A DNA stretch of 33,624 nucleotides from positions 1-33,624 of the forward strand of contig JAFTYN010000143.1 in the NCBI GenBank assembly GCA_017461465.1, in the 5' to 3' direction. Of the stretch, positions 24,185 through 33,425 are shown piece after piece. How positions within the stretch are numbered: the first letter of the stretch is position 1; each line of letters opens with the position of its first letter. This stretch comes from Bacilli bacterium. GTDB taxonomy: Bacteria > Bacillota_I > Bacilli_A > RF39 > UBA660. The notes below the pieces were generated by a model. That model did no database searches. It was not told the origin of the DNA and saw only the letters and a program-made list of their open reading frames with translations. A program made the translations under genes and the position numbers.

Positions 24185-25171
24185 GTGAAGAAATTACTTT
24201 TATTATTACTTGTAATTATGATATTTGTAACAGGATGTGGAAGACCAACAATTGAAGAAGTTGCTACTAATATAGAGGTTGCCAAAAATTATGAAGCAAC
24301 TGTTAATTTGAAAATAGATGGAAAATTTGAAAATGAGGTAATTGATTATACTAGAGAAAAGTATATTACAGTAGATAATATTAATTCGGCAGTTAAAGTA
24401 AAAGCTATTGTTAATTTAAATGATTATAAATCTCACGAAGTTTATTATATAAAATCTAATGGCGAAAATTTAAGTATATATAAGAAAGCAAATGGTTTTT
24501 ATAATTATAGAGAAGAAAAGAAAGATATGAATTCTATTTACTATATAACAGCGTTCATTAATAAAAACTCTTCGTATCAATTTATAGATAATAAAAACGG
24601 ATTAACTCATTATGTAATTACTCTTAACAAAGAAAGAGTAAAAGATTTTTTAAGTTCATATTATGATGTTGAAGTATTAAATGGATTAGATTATCAGATA
24701 AAAGATAGTGCTAAAATAAATATATATGTGAATAATAAAACGAAATGCATAGATTCTTTAAATGTTGATTTTAGTAATATTATAAAATTTACTAATTTAT
24801 CTTCATACGAACTTGATAAATTTTATCTAGAAATAAATTATGATAAATTCAATGAATCAGGAGACATAAAAATACCAGATGAATATTTAAATAATGCGAT
24901 CGATGTAAATATTATTGATGCATATACATCTGCTGAAAAATATGTAAAAAAAGTTAATGAATTAAATCTTAGTGACAAAACAACTAGTTATAAGAATACT
25001 AAATTAATTTATTTAGGTGAAGAGCCAACAAGTGTAAACTTTGTAATTGCCAAAGGAAAAGTTATAAGTGGAGACATTATTTATGATAACTATAAATTCA
25101 AAATAGAATCGGGAGAATTATTACACCCAAGTAAGGTTATTATATTAGAAGAAGAGAGTGTAAAGGAGTAG
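24185..25171 (+). CDS. Lipoprotein of unknown function (328 aa)
   Basis: Signal peptide with the lipobox MKKLLLLLLVIMIFVTGC. GTG start 5 nt after AGGAGGG. An extended -10 TGTTATAAT lies upstream at about 24130-24138. Confidence 0.8.
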   Translation: MKKLLLLLLVIMIFVTGCGRPTIEEVATNIEVAKNYEATVNLKIDGKFENEVIDYTREKYITVDNINSAVKVKAIVNLNDYKSHEVYYIKSNGENLSIYKKANGFYNYREEKKDMNSIYYITAFINKNSSYQFIDNKNGLTHYVITLNKERVKDFLSSYYDVEVLNGLDYQIKDSAKINIYVNNKTKCIDSLNVDFSNIIKFTNLSSYELDKFYLEINYDKFNESGDIKIPDEYLNNAIDVNIIDAYTSAEKYVKKVNELNLSDKTTSYKNTKLIYLGEEPTSVNFVIAKGKVISGDIIYDNYKFKIESGELLHPSKVIILEEESVKE

Positions 25172-25190
25172 TGTAAATCTACTTCTTTTT
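25165..25190 (+). terminator. Weak rho-independent terminator
   Basis: GGAGTAG pairs with CTACTTC (one G-U pair), then TTTTT. Confidence 0.45.
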
Positions 25191-25191
25191 C

Positions 25192-25220
25192 TTGTTTAAA
25201 AAATGGAAATGTTATATAAT
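25192..25220 (+). promoter_or_regulatory. Sigma-A-type promoter
   Basis: TTGTTT (25192-25197), 17-nt spacer, TATAAT (25215-25220). Confidence 0.55.
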
Positions 25221-25308
25221 AGAAAACAAGTAACATTTAATACGGTATAAAAATAAAAAATAGTATTAATTATGTGAAATGTATGATAAAATGAGAATGG
25301 TGATATTG

Positions 25309-25722
25309 ATGGATGAACTAAGGGGTTCTTTTGAGGCAATTGCTGAAAACGAAAATATCAGCGATGCTTTGAAAGAAAATTTAAAAGAATTAATTACAGT
25401 CTTTCATCGAACTTTTAACGAAGTTGATTTAACCAACTTTAATGAAAGAATAAAAAGATTGAAAATTAAAAAGGGAAGTAAATATATTACAAAGGATGCT
25501 TGTGAATACAATCCTAAAGAAAATGTATTATATTTAAATGAAACAAAATTACAAGAAGTAGATGCAAAACATGAATTGATGTTTGCAATTCTTACAATTA
25601 TTACAGCAAAAGATAATTTTTATGGTTTTGACACAAATGGAAAGTTAAAAGCACTTAATATTGGTGTTACAGAAATGATTACTAATTTTTTAGTTGGAAA
25701 TGATGGTGAGAATTATGAGTAG
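25309..25722 (+). CDS. Hypothetical protein (137 aa from the ATG at 25309)
   Basis: ORF 25279..25722. GGTGA lies 5 nt before the ATG at 25309. It contains a degenerate HExxH-like KHELMF. No family recognised. Confidence 0.6.
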   Translation: MDELRGSFEAIAENENISDALKENLKELITVFHRTFNEVDLTNFNERIKRLKIKKGSKYITKDACEYNPKENVLYLNETKLQEVDAKHELMFAILTIITAKDNFYGFDTNGKLKALNIGVTEMITNFLVGNDGENYE

Positions 25723-26128
25723 AGTACGTGATAAATCTTTAGCGCTTACAAATATTGCATTAAGTGGAATCCCTGTAGATGAAATTTTAAATGCGTATTT
25801 TAATAATGATGGTGAAACTATATTACGAAAAGTAACTATGAGTGCTAAAGACCCTGAAAAAATGTTTCATGCTTTAGAACAATTTGATTATGAAACTACA
25901 AATGAACAAGTATTATCTATGCAAAGTAATTTTGGAGATATTCAAACAAAAATAGTAGAACAAGTTATTACAGAAGAAAATGCTGACTATATAGAGGCTA
26001 ATTTAATTAATGATCCAAGAGTAATTGGAGAAACTAATTGTCCTAATATTTCAGCAGCAAGAAAAGTAGTAGCAAACTTTAAAGCACAAACTTTAAGTGC
26101 TGATTATGCAAAATCAAAAGCAGCATAA
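25715..26128 (+). CDS. Hypothetical protein (137 aa from the ATG at 25715)
   Basis: ORF 25694..26128. GGTGAG lies 4 nt before the ATG at 25715, and ATGAGTAG overlaps the upstream stop. No family recognised. Confidence 0.6.
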   Translation: MSRVRDKSLALTNIALSGIPVDEILNAYFNNDGETILRKVTMSAKDPEKMFHALEQFDYETTNEQVLSMQSNFGDIQTKIVEQVITEENADYIEANLINDPRVIGETNCPNISAARKVVANFKAQTLSADYAKSKAA

Positions 26129-26147
26129 AAAAATATAGAGGTGAATC

Positions 26148-27803
26148 ATGGAAGAATATAAGAGATTAGCTAATATTATATTCCCTGATATAACACTAAC
26201 AGTAGAAGATTATGAAAAAAAATATCCTGCTAGGAATTTAAAAGATGGAGCTATCGTAACTAGATATGCACCAAGTCCTACAGGATTTATTCATATTGGA
26301 GCTTTACTTGCTAGTTTTACAGGAAGTATATTTGCTAAACAATCAGAAGGTGTATTTTATCTTCGTATTGAAGATACTGATACCAAAAGAACTATAGATG
26401 ATGGTATTAACACTATCATTAATGGATTAAAAGAATTTGATGTTACATTTGATGAAGGGCCAACTGACGAAAATAATGAGTCAGGTAACTATGGACCATA
26501 TATTCAAAGTCAAAGAGGAGATATTTACAAAGCTTTTATTAAGCATTTGATTATGGAAGGTAAAGCTTATCCTTGCTTCTGTTCTGAAGAAGAAATGGCA
26601 GAATTAAGAGAATATCAAACTAAGAAAAAAATGCGCATAGGTTACTATGGTAAAAGTGCAAAATGTAGATATTTAGCACCAGAAGAAGCAATTGAAAGAA
26701 TTGAAAATGGTGAAAAATATGTTATAAGATTAAAATCACCAGGTAACTTTGAAAATAAAATTAGATTTAATGATATTATTCGTGGTCAAATTGAAATGCC
26801 AGAAAACGATATTGATATAGTTATTATGAAAGGTGATGGCCTTCCAACATATCATTTTGCTCATCTAGTAGATGATCATTTAATGAGGACTACTCATGTA
26901 ATAAGAGGAGATGAATGGTTACCATCACTTCCACTTCATGTTCAATTATTTGAAATGTTTGGTTTTGAACCACCTAAATATTGTCATATTTCACCACTTA
27001 TGAAAAATGATAATGGTGGGGTAAGAAAACTTTCAAAGAGAAAAGATCCAGAATGTGCTATGAGTTATTATCATGAACTTGGTGTTCCTAAAGAAGCAGT
27101 TATGCTTTATTTAGCAACAGTAACTAATAGTAACTTTGAAGAGTGGTATTTACAAAATAAAGATAAAGAAATTGAAGATTTTAAATTTACTTTTGATAAA
27201 ATGAATAATAGTGGGGCATTATTTGATTTAGATAAACTTACTAACTTATCTAAAACATTCATAAGCTCATTAAAAGCAGAAGAACTTTATGATAGATGTG
27301 CTAAATATTATGAAGAATATGATAAAGATTTCTATAATTTATTTACAAAAGATAAAAAATACTCAATTGATATGCTTAACATTGAAAGAGAAACACCAAA
27401 ACCTCGTAAGGATTTAGGTTGTTATGGAGATGTTAAAAAAGAATTCTGGTATATGTATGATGAACTATTTAATTCAGCTGAATTAAACTATGAATTTAAA
27501 AATATAACAGATAAAGAAGAAATTAACAAAATTCTTGATTTATATATGGAAAAATATTATGATCCAAAAGATGATAATTCAGTTTGGTTTGGAAAAATGA
27601 AAGAATTATGTGATGAACTAGGGTATGCATCTGATATGAAAGCTTATAAGAAAAATCCAGAAGCATTCAAAGGTAATGTTGCAGATGTTTCAATGGTTAT
27701 TCGTGTAGCTCTTACATCTAAATCAATGACTCCAGATTTACATGAAATAATGGCAATTTTAGGAGTAGAAAGAATTAAAGAAAGATTTAGTAAATTAAAA
27801 TAA
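26148..27803 (+). CDS. gltX: Glutamate--tRNA ligase (long bacterial-type form, 551 aa)
   Basis: RYAPSPTGFIHIGA (HIGH-class motif), LRIEDTDTKR, Cys cluster CFC...C, HFAHLVDDHLMRTTHVIRGDEW and KLSKRK (KMSKS). Confidence 0.9.
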   Translation: MEEYKRLANIIFPDITLTVEDYEKKYPARNLKDGAIVTRYAPSPTGFIHIGALLASFTGSIFAKQSEGVFYLRIEDTDTKRTIDDGINTIINGLKEFDVTFDEGPTDENNESGNYGPYIQSQRGDIYKAFIKHLIMEGKAYPCFCSEEEMAELREYQTKKKMRIGYYGKSAKCRYLAPEEAIERIENGEKYVIRLKSPGNFENKIRFNDIIRGQIEMPENDIDIVIMKGDGLPTYHFAHLVDDHLMRTTHVIRGDEWLPSLPLHVQLFEMFGFEPPKYCHISPLMKNDNGGVRKLSKRKDPECAMSYYHELGVPKEAVMLYLATVTNSNFEEWYLQNKDKEIEDFKFTFDKMNNSGALFDLDKLTNLSKTFISSLKAEELYDRCAKYYEEYDKDFYNLFTKDKKYSIDMLNIERETPKPRKDLGCYGDVKKEFWYMYDELFNSAELNYEFKNITDKEEINKILDLYMEKYYDPKDDNSVWFGKMKELCDELGYASDMKAYKKNPEAFKGNVADVSMVIRVALTSKSMTPDLHEIMAILGVERIKERFSKLK

Positions 27804-27844
27804 AAAGGCATTTTGTCTTTTTATTTTATAAAAAAGCAAAAATA

Positions 27845-27873
27845 TTAACAAAAAATTTATTTTGTGCTATAAT
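27845..27873 (+). promoter_or_regulatory. Sigma-A-type promoter for the pheST leader
   Basis: TTAACA (27845-27850), 17-nt spacer, TATAAT (27868-27873), with an upstream TGTGC extended -10 context. Confidence 0.65.
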
Positions 27874-27879
27874 ATAAAC

Positions 27880-28102
27880 GTTTACAGCTGTGAAGAGAAG
27901 TAGTAATAAATTAAGTTATTAGTAGAGAACTTGTGGTTGGTGAAAACAAGCAATAACCATTTATGAATTCGTCTTGGAGCTTTATAAAAGAAAATTTATG
28001 ACGGTGATGCGTTATAGTCTTTAAGATTAACTATTATTAGTTAATGAATTAAGGTGGTACCACGTCATTTAATCACGTCCTTATCTAGGATGTGATTTTT
28101 TT
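27880..28102 (+). promoter_or_regulatory. T-box riboswitch leader, Phe (UUC) specifier
   Basis: Elements seen:
- K-turn region GTGAAGAGAAG
- AGAGA box
- distal loop GGTTGGTGAAA
- GAA-UUC-G at 27965-27971
- T-box sequence AAGGTGGTACCACG at 28051-28064
- terminator ATCACGTCCT (28072-28081) paired with AGGATGTGAT (28087-28096), then T7. Confidence 0.9.
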
Positions 28103-28119
28103 ATTTAAGGAGGAATAGT

Positions 28120-29163
28120 ATGAAAGATTTAGAAAAAATATTAGAAGAATTACAAAGTAAAATAGTAAATGTTTCTAGTATGAATGAACTAAATGATTTA
28201 AGAGTTGAGTATCTTGGAAAAAAAGGTAGTATTAGTATGCTTTCATCAAAAATAGCAGAATTACCAGTAGAAGAAAAAAAGACTTTTGGGGCAGAACTTA
28301 ACAAAGTTAAGATGACTGCTAATGAATTAATTGATTCTAAGAAAAATGAAATAGAAACAAAAGAATTAAATGAAAAACTTGCTAATGAAAAAATAGATAT
28401 TAGTCTGCCTAGCACAAAAGTTACTGTAGGTGCACCTAATATTCTTGAAAAGGTAATTGAAGATTTAGAAGAATTATTAATGTCTATGGGATATGATGTA
28501 GTAGAAGGACCTGAAGTTGAAAAAGATTTATATAACTTTGAACTTCTAAATTTACCTAAGGGTCATCCTGCTAGAGATGCTCAAGATACATTCTATATAA
28601 CTGATGAAACTATACTTTTAAGAAGTCAAACTTCACCAGTTCAAATTAGAACAATGCTTGCAAATGAAGAAAAAACACCAATTAGAATTATTTGTCCTGG
28701 TAAGACATATCGTCGTGATGATGATGATGCAACACATTCTCATCAATTTACACAAATGGAAGGATTATTAGTAGATAAAAATATATCTTTAGCAAACTTA
28801 AAAGGTACTTTTGATATTATTGCTAAAAGATTATTTGGCGAAGATAGAGAAACAAGATTCCGTCCATCATTCTATCCATTTACAGAACCATCAGTAGAAC
28901 TTGATATTAGCTGTTTTAATTGTGGTGGTAAAGGATGCAATATTTGTAAAGGAACTGGATGGATTACAGTAGGTGGAGCAGGTATGGTTCACTATAATGT
29001 TCTTAAAAACTGTGGATATGATCCAGAAGTATGGACTGGTTTTGCTTTTGGATTTGGTATTGAAAGATTAACAATGCTTAAATATGGTATAACAGACTGT
29101 AGAACATTCTATACAAATGATTTAAGATGTGCAAATATCTATGATAGAAAGGATGTGGAATAA
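28120..29163 (+). CDS. pheS: Phenylalanine--tRNA ligase alpha subunit
   Basis: N-terminal coiled coil and class II core (HPARD, FRPSFYPFTEPS, GFAFGFGIERL), plus the Firmicute CxxC...CxxC insert. Confidence 0.97.
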   Translation: MKDLEKILEELQSKIVNVSSMNELNDLRVEYLGKKGSISMLSSKIAELPVEEKKTFGAELNKVKMTANELIDSKKNEIETKELNEKLANEKIDISLPSTKVTVGAPNILEKVIEDLEELLMSMGYDVVEGPEVEKDLYNFELLNLPKGHPARDAQDTFYITDETILLRSQTSPVQIRTMLANEEKTPIRIICPGKTYRRDDDDATHSHQFTQMEGLLVDKNISLANLKGTFDIIAKRLFGEDRETRFRPSFYPFTEPSVELDISCFNCGGKGCNICKGTGWITVGGAGMVHYNVLKNCGYDPEVWTGFAFGFGIERLTMLKYGITDCRTFYTNDLRCANIYDRKDVE

Positions 29164-29164
29164 T

Positions 29165-31540
29165 ATGGCTATTAGTATGAATTGGGTAAAAGACTATGTT
29201 GATTTAGAAGGCGTAGACTTAAAAGATTTAGCAAATAAAATAACTAAAGCAGGTGTTAATGTTGAAGGTATTATTTCAAATAAAATTGATAATTTAGTTA
29301 TTGGTTATGTTGAAGAATGTGAAATGCATCCTGATTCAGATCATTTACATGTTTGTAAAGTTAACTTAGGAGATAAAGTTACACAAATAGTATGTGGTGC
29401 ACCTAATGTTAGAAAAGGATTAAAAGTTATAGTTGCATGTCCTGGAGCAGTACTACCTGGCGATTTTGAAATTAAGAAAAGTACAATTCGTGGTGTAGAA
29501 TCAAATGGAATGATATGTGCTTTATATGAATTAGGTTTAGAAGAAAAAACAGATGAAACTTATAGTAAAGGTATTGAAGAATTAAATGATGATGCTATAG
29601 TTGGTGAAGATCCAATTAAATACTTAGGACTTGATGATACTATTTATAATTTAGATTTAAATCCAAATAGAAATATAGATTGTACTAATCATATCGGTTT
29701 TGCTTATGAAGTAGCTAGTGTACTTGGTAAAAAAGTAACTATGCCAGATGTTAGTACTAATCCTATTAAAGATTCAATTAAAGGTAAGTTCACAGTAGAA
29801 GTAGATACTGAAAATTGTACTTTATATAATGCTAAATTAGTAAAAGATGTTGTTATTAAAGAATCACCAGATTTTATTAAACAACGTTTAGTAGCAGCAG
29901 GTATGAGACCTATAAATAATGTTGTAGATATTTCTAACTATGTAATGCTTGAATATGGTCAACCACTTCATTTCTTTGATAAAGATAAATTAGGAGATAA
30001 AATTGTTGTAAGAATGGCTCATGAAAATGAAAAGACAATAACTCTTGATGGCAAAGAAAGAACATTAAATGAAAAAGATGTTGTAATTACGGATGGTGAA
30101 AAAACAGTTTGTATCGCTGGTGTAATGGGTGGAGCAAATACTGAAGTAGATAATAATACTAAAAATATTTTAATAGAAGCTGCTATATTTAATCCATTTA
30201 ATATTAGATATACATCAATTGGATTAGATTTAAGAAGTGAAGCATCACTTAGATATGAAAGAGGTTTAAATTATGAGTATACTTCTTTAGCACTTGAAAG
30301 AGCTTGTCATTTACTTGAAAAATATGCTGATGGTAAAGTATTAAGTGATACAATCACAGTAGATAATGTTAAAAAAGTAGTAAAAGAAGCAACAGTAACT
30401 TTAGATGATGTGAATAACTTACTTGGTATGGAATTAACTACTAAAGATATGGAAAATTCTTTAAATAATTTAGGATTTAGTTATGAAAAGACAGGAAATT
30501 CTTATCTAGTAACAATTCCAAATAGAAGACTAGATGTAGAAGCTAATAGTGCAGACTTAGTTGAAGAAATAGGTAGACTTTATGGATATGATAATATTGA
30601 AAGTAAATTACCAATCGGACCTACTAAACCAGGTAAATATGTAGGAAATGTTGCTTTTAGAAAACTTGTTTCAAAAAGATTAAGAAGTCTAGGTTTAAAT
30701 GAAACTAGAACTTATACTCTTATAAGTGAAGAAGAAAATAAATTATTTGATTATAATAGAGGAAATTTAATAAAACTGCCAAATCCAATGAGTAGTGATA
30801 AAGTAATAATAAGACAATCTATTCTTCCATCTTTATTAAAAGTAGTAGATTATAATAAAGCACGTAATGTTAAAGATATTTGTATTTATGAAATTGCAAA
30901 TGTTTATTATAATGAAATGGATGAAGATACTAAGATTGCTATTGCTATGAGAGGTAATTATTTAGTAAATAATTGGAGTGGTGTAAAAGTAAAAGTTGAT
31001 TTCTATTTACTAAAAGGTATAGTAGAAAACATTTTAGATTATTTAGGATTTAAAAATAGATATAGCTTTGTAGTAAATGAAATTAATAGTATGCATCCAG
31101 GTATGAGTGCTGAAATTTTACTTGATAGAGAACCAATTGGTTTCTTAGGAAGAGTACATCCGAATGTTAAAAAAGATGATATCTTTGTTGCAGAATTTAG
31201 TTTAAATAAATTGACATCTAAAAATGTTAAACCAATTAAACATAAAGAACCATCAAAATATCCTGAAATAAATAAAGACTTAGCATTTGTAGTTAAGAAA
31301 GAAGTAACTGTTGGTGAATTAATGACGCAAATTAAAAAATCAGGTGGTAGACTTCTTACAGATATTGATGTATTTGATGTTTATGTAGGAGAAAATGTAA
31401 AAGAAGATGAAAAATCAATAGCATTCTCACTTACATTTGCAGATCCAACAAGAACATTAAATGATGAAGAAGTAATGCAAGTATTTAATAAAATAATTAA
31501 TGATGTAGAAACAAAAATGAATGCAAAATTAAGAGGATAG
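29165..31540 (+). CDS. pheT: Phenylalanine--tRNA ligase beta subunit
   Basis: MAISMNWVKDYV..., tRNA-binding OB domain, then B3/4, B5 and FDX-ACB domains. The start lies 1 nt after the pheS stop. The tracked ORF extends upstream to 29129. Confidence 0.97.
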   Translation: MAISMNWVKDYVDLEGVDLKDLANKITKAGVNVEGIISNKIDNLVIGYVEECEMHPDSDHLHVCKVNLGDKVTQIVCGAPNVRKGLKVIVACPGAVLPGDFEIKKSTIRGVESNGMICALYELGLEEKTDETYSKGIEELNDDAIVGEDPIKYLGLDDTIYNLDLNPNRNIDCTNHIGFAYEVASVLGKKVTMPDVSTNPIKDSIKGKFTVEVDTENCTLYNAKLVKDVVIKESPDFIKQRLVAAGMRPINNVVDISNYVMLEYGQPLHFFDKDKLGDKIVVRMAHENEKTITLDGKERTLNEKDVVITDGEKTVCIAGVMGGANTEVDNNTKNILIEAAIFNPFNIRYTSIGLDLRSEASLRYERGLNYEYTSLALERACHLLEKYADGKVLSDTITVDNVKKVVKEATVTLDDVNNLLGMELTTKDMENSLNNLGFSYEKTGNSYLVTIPNRRLDVEANSADLVEEIGRLYGYDNIESKLPIGPTKPGKYVGNVAFRKLVSKRLRSLGLNETRTYTLISEEENKLFDYNRGNLIKLPNPMSSDKVIIRQSILPSLLKVVDYNKARNVKDICIYEIANVYYNEMDEDTKIAIAMRGNYLVNNWSGVKVKVDFYLLKGIVENILDYLGFKNRYSFVVNEINSMHPGMSAEILLDREPIGFLGRVHPNVKKDDIFVAEFSLNKLTSKNVKPIKHKEPSKYPEINKDLAFVVKKEVTVGELMTQIKKSGGRLLTDIDVFDVYVGENVKEDEKSIAFSLTFADPTRTLNDEEVMQVFNKIINDVETKMNAKLRG

Positions 31541-31556
31541 TTATATCCTCTTTTAA
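31531..31556 (+). terminator. Rho-independent terminator after pheT
   Basis: AAGAGGATA (31531-31539) pairs with TATCCTCTT (31544-31552), then TTTAATTT. Confidence 0.7.
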
Positions 31557-31557
31557 T

Positions 31558-31585
31558 TTGACTATTTTATTATTAATGCTATAAT
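31558..31585 (+). promoter_or_regulatory. Sigma-A-type promoter with extended -10
   Basis: TTGACT (31558-31563), 16-nt spacer ending in TGC, TATAAT (31580-31585). Confidence 0.6.
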
Positions 31586-31609
31586 ATATGGCGGATTTTG
31601 GGTGAAAAT

Positions 31610-33124
31610 ATGAAAACAATAGAAAAATTATATAGTAAATTAAATAATAGACTTAATAAACTTGAAGATGATGGAGAAGGGCTCCCGACAAATAGTCTAG
31701 AAGAAGAAATAGAAAGCCTAGTTTTAACACAAGATTTAAGTTTAGATGAAATTTTAATGCAACCTTTTGTGGTCAAATCTGCGACAAATAAAGAATTATA
31801 TGAGAAATTAAGTAAGAAATATACTAAGATGAGTTATAAAAGGTATTTAGAATTTTTACGTAATTTAAGTAAAGATGAAATAATAGAATATCTAATTACT
31901 AATATAAAATATACTTCTTACAATAACTTTTTTGAAAAATCTTGGATGGATAGTTTTATTAAGTATAAAATTAATAGAAATATATGTCCTGGATTAATTT
32001 CAAAACTTATAAAACCACTTAAAGAATTGGAATTTAAATTATTCTGTGACTGTTTACTAAAAAAGAAAGCAGCTGAACATAATATTACAATTAAAAGTAA
32101 TCCAGTCGGATTAGTTGAGTACATGACAGAATTAAAGAATAAAGGTAAAAAAGTAACTTTAGTAAGAACTATGGAGTACTTACAAACTGCAGGAAGTTAT
32201 AATTTAGAAAGTACAATTAATATAAATACTACAACTTTATCATTAGCAAAATTATTGTCACTAGATTTAACTTTTAACATTCAGTTACTTCAAGTTATAT
32301 ATCATGAATTTATGCATGCTAAAGATGAAAATTTAATTACTAACGTTCAACCATTTTTAACTCAATCATTATATAAAATGGCAAAGACTAGATTAATATT
32401 ACTTAAAGCTCCTGGGGTTTATAGTACTAACCATGATCATTTTGAAGTAGAAATATCTGCAACTGAAAAAGCGTGCCAAGAATTGATTGATGATTTAGAA
32501 AAACTAGATATTAAACATAAAGATTATTATAAAGAAAAGTTAAGTGAAAAATTATCAGAAGTAACTTTAAGAAGATATAATGAATTATATGATTTGAATG
32601 ATGATTTATTTGATAAATTGTTGCAAGAAAATCCGGATTACATTAAAGCTATTCCGATGCTAAGTTATGAGTATGAAAAGAAAACAGGAAAAAGAAAAGA
32701 AATACCAGAATTAATTATTGAAAAAATGCGTTTTAAAGCAGGATTAGAAAAAAGAATTAAAACTGAAAGAGCATTTAACATGGATATAAGTTATTATGTT
32801 AATTCTCTGACTGAAGAAGAAATAGATAAATTATTTGATGAAATGATATATCGCAAAATTAAATCTTACTCATTAGTAGAATTTACAGATTTAATAAATA
32901 GTTATTCAACATCGATGGCAACAGCAGAAATAAAAAGAGTAATCGAAGAAAAAGAAGAAGAATTAAATAACAAAATATCTGCGTTATCTATAATCGCATA
33001 TGGTGATTTTGAATATAGAAGTAGTTTATCTAATAAGATTAAAGAATTAGAAAAATTAAAGAAGTACAAAGACATTGTTAGTAAGAAGCTTAATGATAAT
33101 GTAAAAATAAAAAGAAGAGATTAA
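31610..33124 (+). CDS. Hypothetical protein with an HExxH motif (about 504 aa), possible zinc metallopeptidase-like protein
   Basis: IYHEFMHAKDE is an HExxH motif, and NHDHFEVE lies about 45 residues downstream. The termini are coiled-coil-like. The ATG at 31610 lies 4 nt after GGGTGA. No family recognised. Confidence 0.7.
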   Translation: MKTIEKLYSKLNNRLNKLEDDGEGLPTNSLEEEIESLVLTQDLSLDEILMQPFVVKSATNKELYEKLSKKYTKMSYKRYLEFLRNLSKDEIIEYLITNIKYTSYNNFFEKSWMDSFIKYKINRNICPGLISKLIKPLKELEFKLFCDCLLKKKAAEHNITIKSNPVGLVEYMTELKNKGKKVTLVRTMEYLQTAGSYNLESTININTTTLSLAKLLSLDLTFNIQLLQVIYHEFMHAKDENLITNVQPFLTQSLYKMAKTRLILLKAPGVYSTNHDHFEVEISATEKACQELIDDLEKLDIKHKDYYKEKLSEKLSEVTLRRYNELYDLNDDLFDKLLQENPDYIKAIPMLSYEYEKKTGKRKEIPELIIEKMRFKAGLEKRIKTERAFNMDISYYVNSLTEEEIDKLFDEMIYRKIKSYSLVEFTDLINSYSTSMATAEIKRVIEEKEEELNNKISALSIIAYGDFEYRSSLSNKIKELEKLKKYKDIVSKKLNDNVKIKRRD

Positions 33125-33138
33125 CTCTTCTTTTTTTA
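33112..33138 (+). terminator. Rho-independent terminator with the stop codon in its loop
   Basis: AAGAAGAG (33112-33119) pairs with CTCTTCTT (33125-33132), then a T-run. Confidence 0.8.
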
Positions 33139-33170
33139 TATCTACTGAATAAAATTATAATGGTGGTAAT

Positions 33171-33425
33171 ATGAATCATATTATAAATTTTAAAAGCATA
33201 ATTTTTGAAAAAAATTTTAGATTTTGTTATCAAAATAACAATTTAGAAATAACTAATTATGAGAGTATACCATTATTTAATTTTGAAGAAATAGATATTA
33301 AATATAATAATGGAATGATGATAATATATGGTGAAAATTTAGTAATTTCTAAATTAGAAAAAGATGAATTATTAATTACAGGTAATATAAATAATATAGA
33401 AATAAGGAAAAGAATTGATAAATAA
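33171..33425 (+). CDS. yqfC: Sporulation protein YqfC
   Basis: An 84-aa protein with the YqfC-like pattern ...LEITNYESI..F..EEI.I.....MIIYGENLVISKLEKDELLITGNINNIEI. A yqfD-like gene follows directly. Confidence 0.75.
   Translation: MNHIINFKSIIFEKNFRFCYQNNNLEITNYESIPLFNFEEIDIKYNNGMMIIYGENLVISKLEKDELLITGNINNIEIRKRIDK

Noticed and set aside
25279-26128. Possible single frameshifted pseudogene spanning ORFs 25279..25722 and 25694..26128.
   Set aside because: A good RBS (GGTGAG) sits 4 nt before the ATG at 25715, and the ATGAGTAG overlap is typical of translationally coupled genes. I kept it as an open question in the findings because I cannot compare it to homologues.
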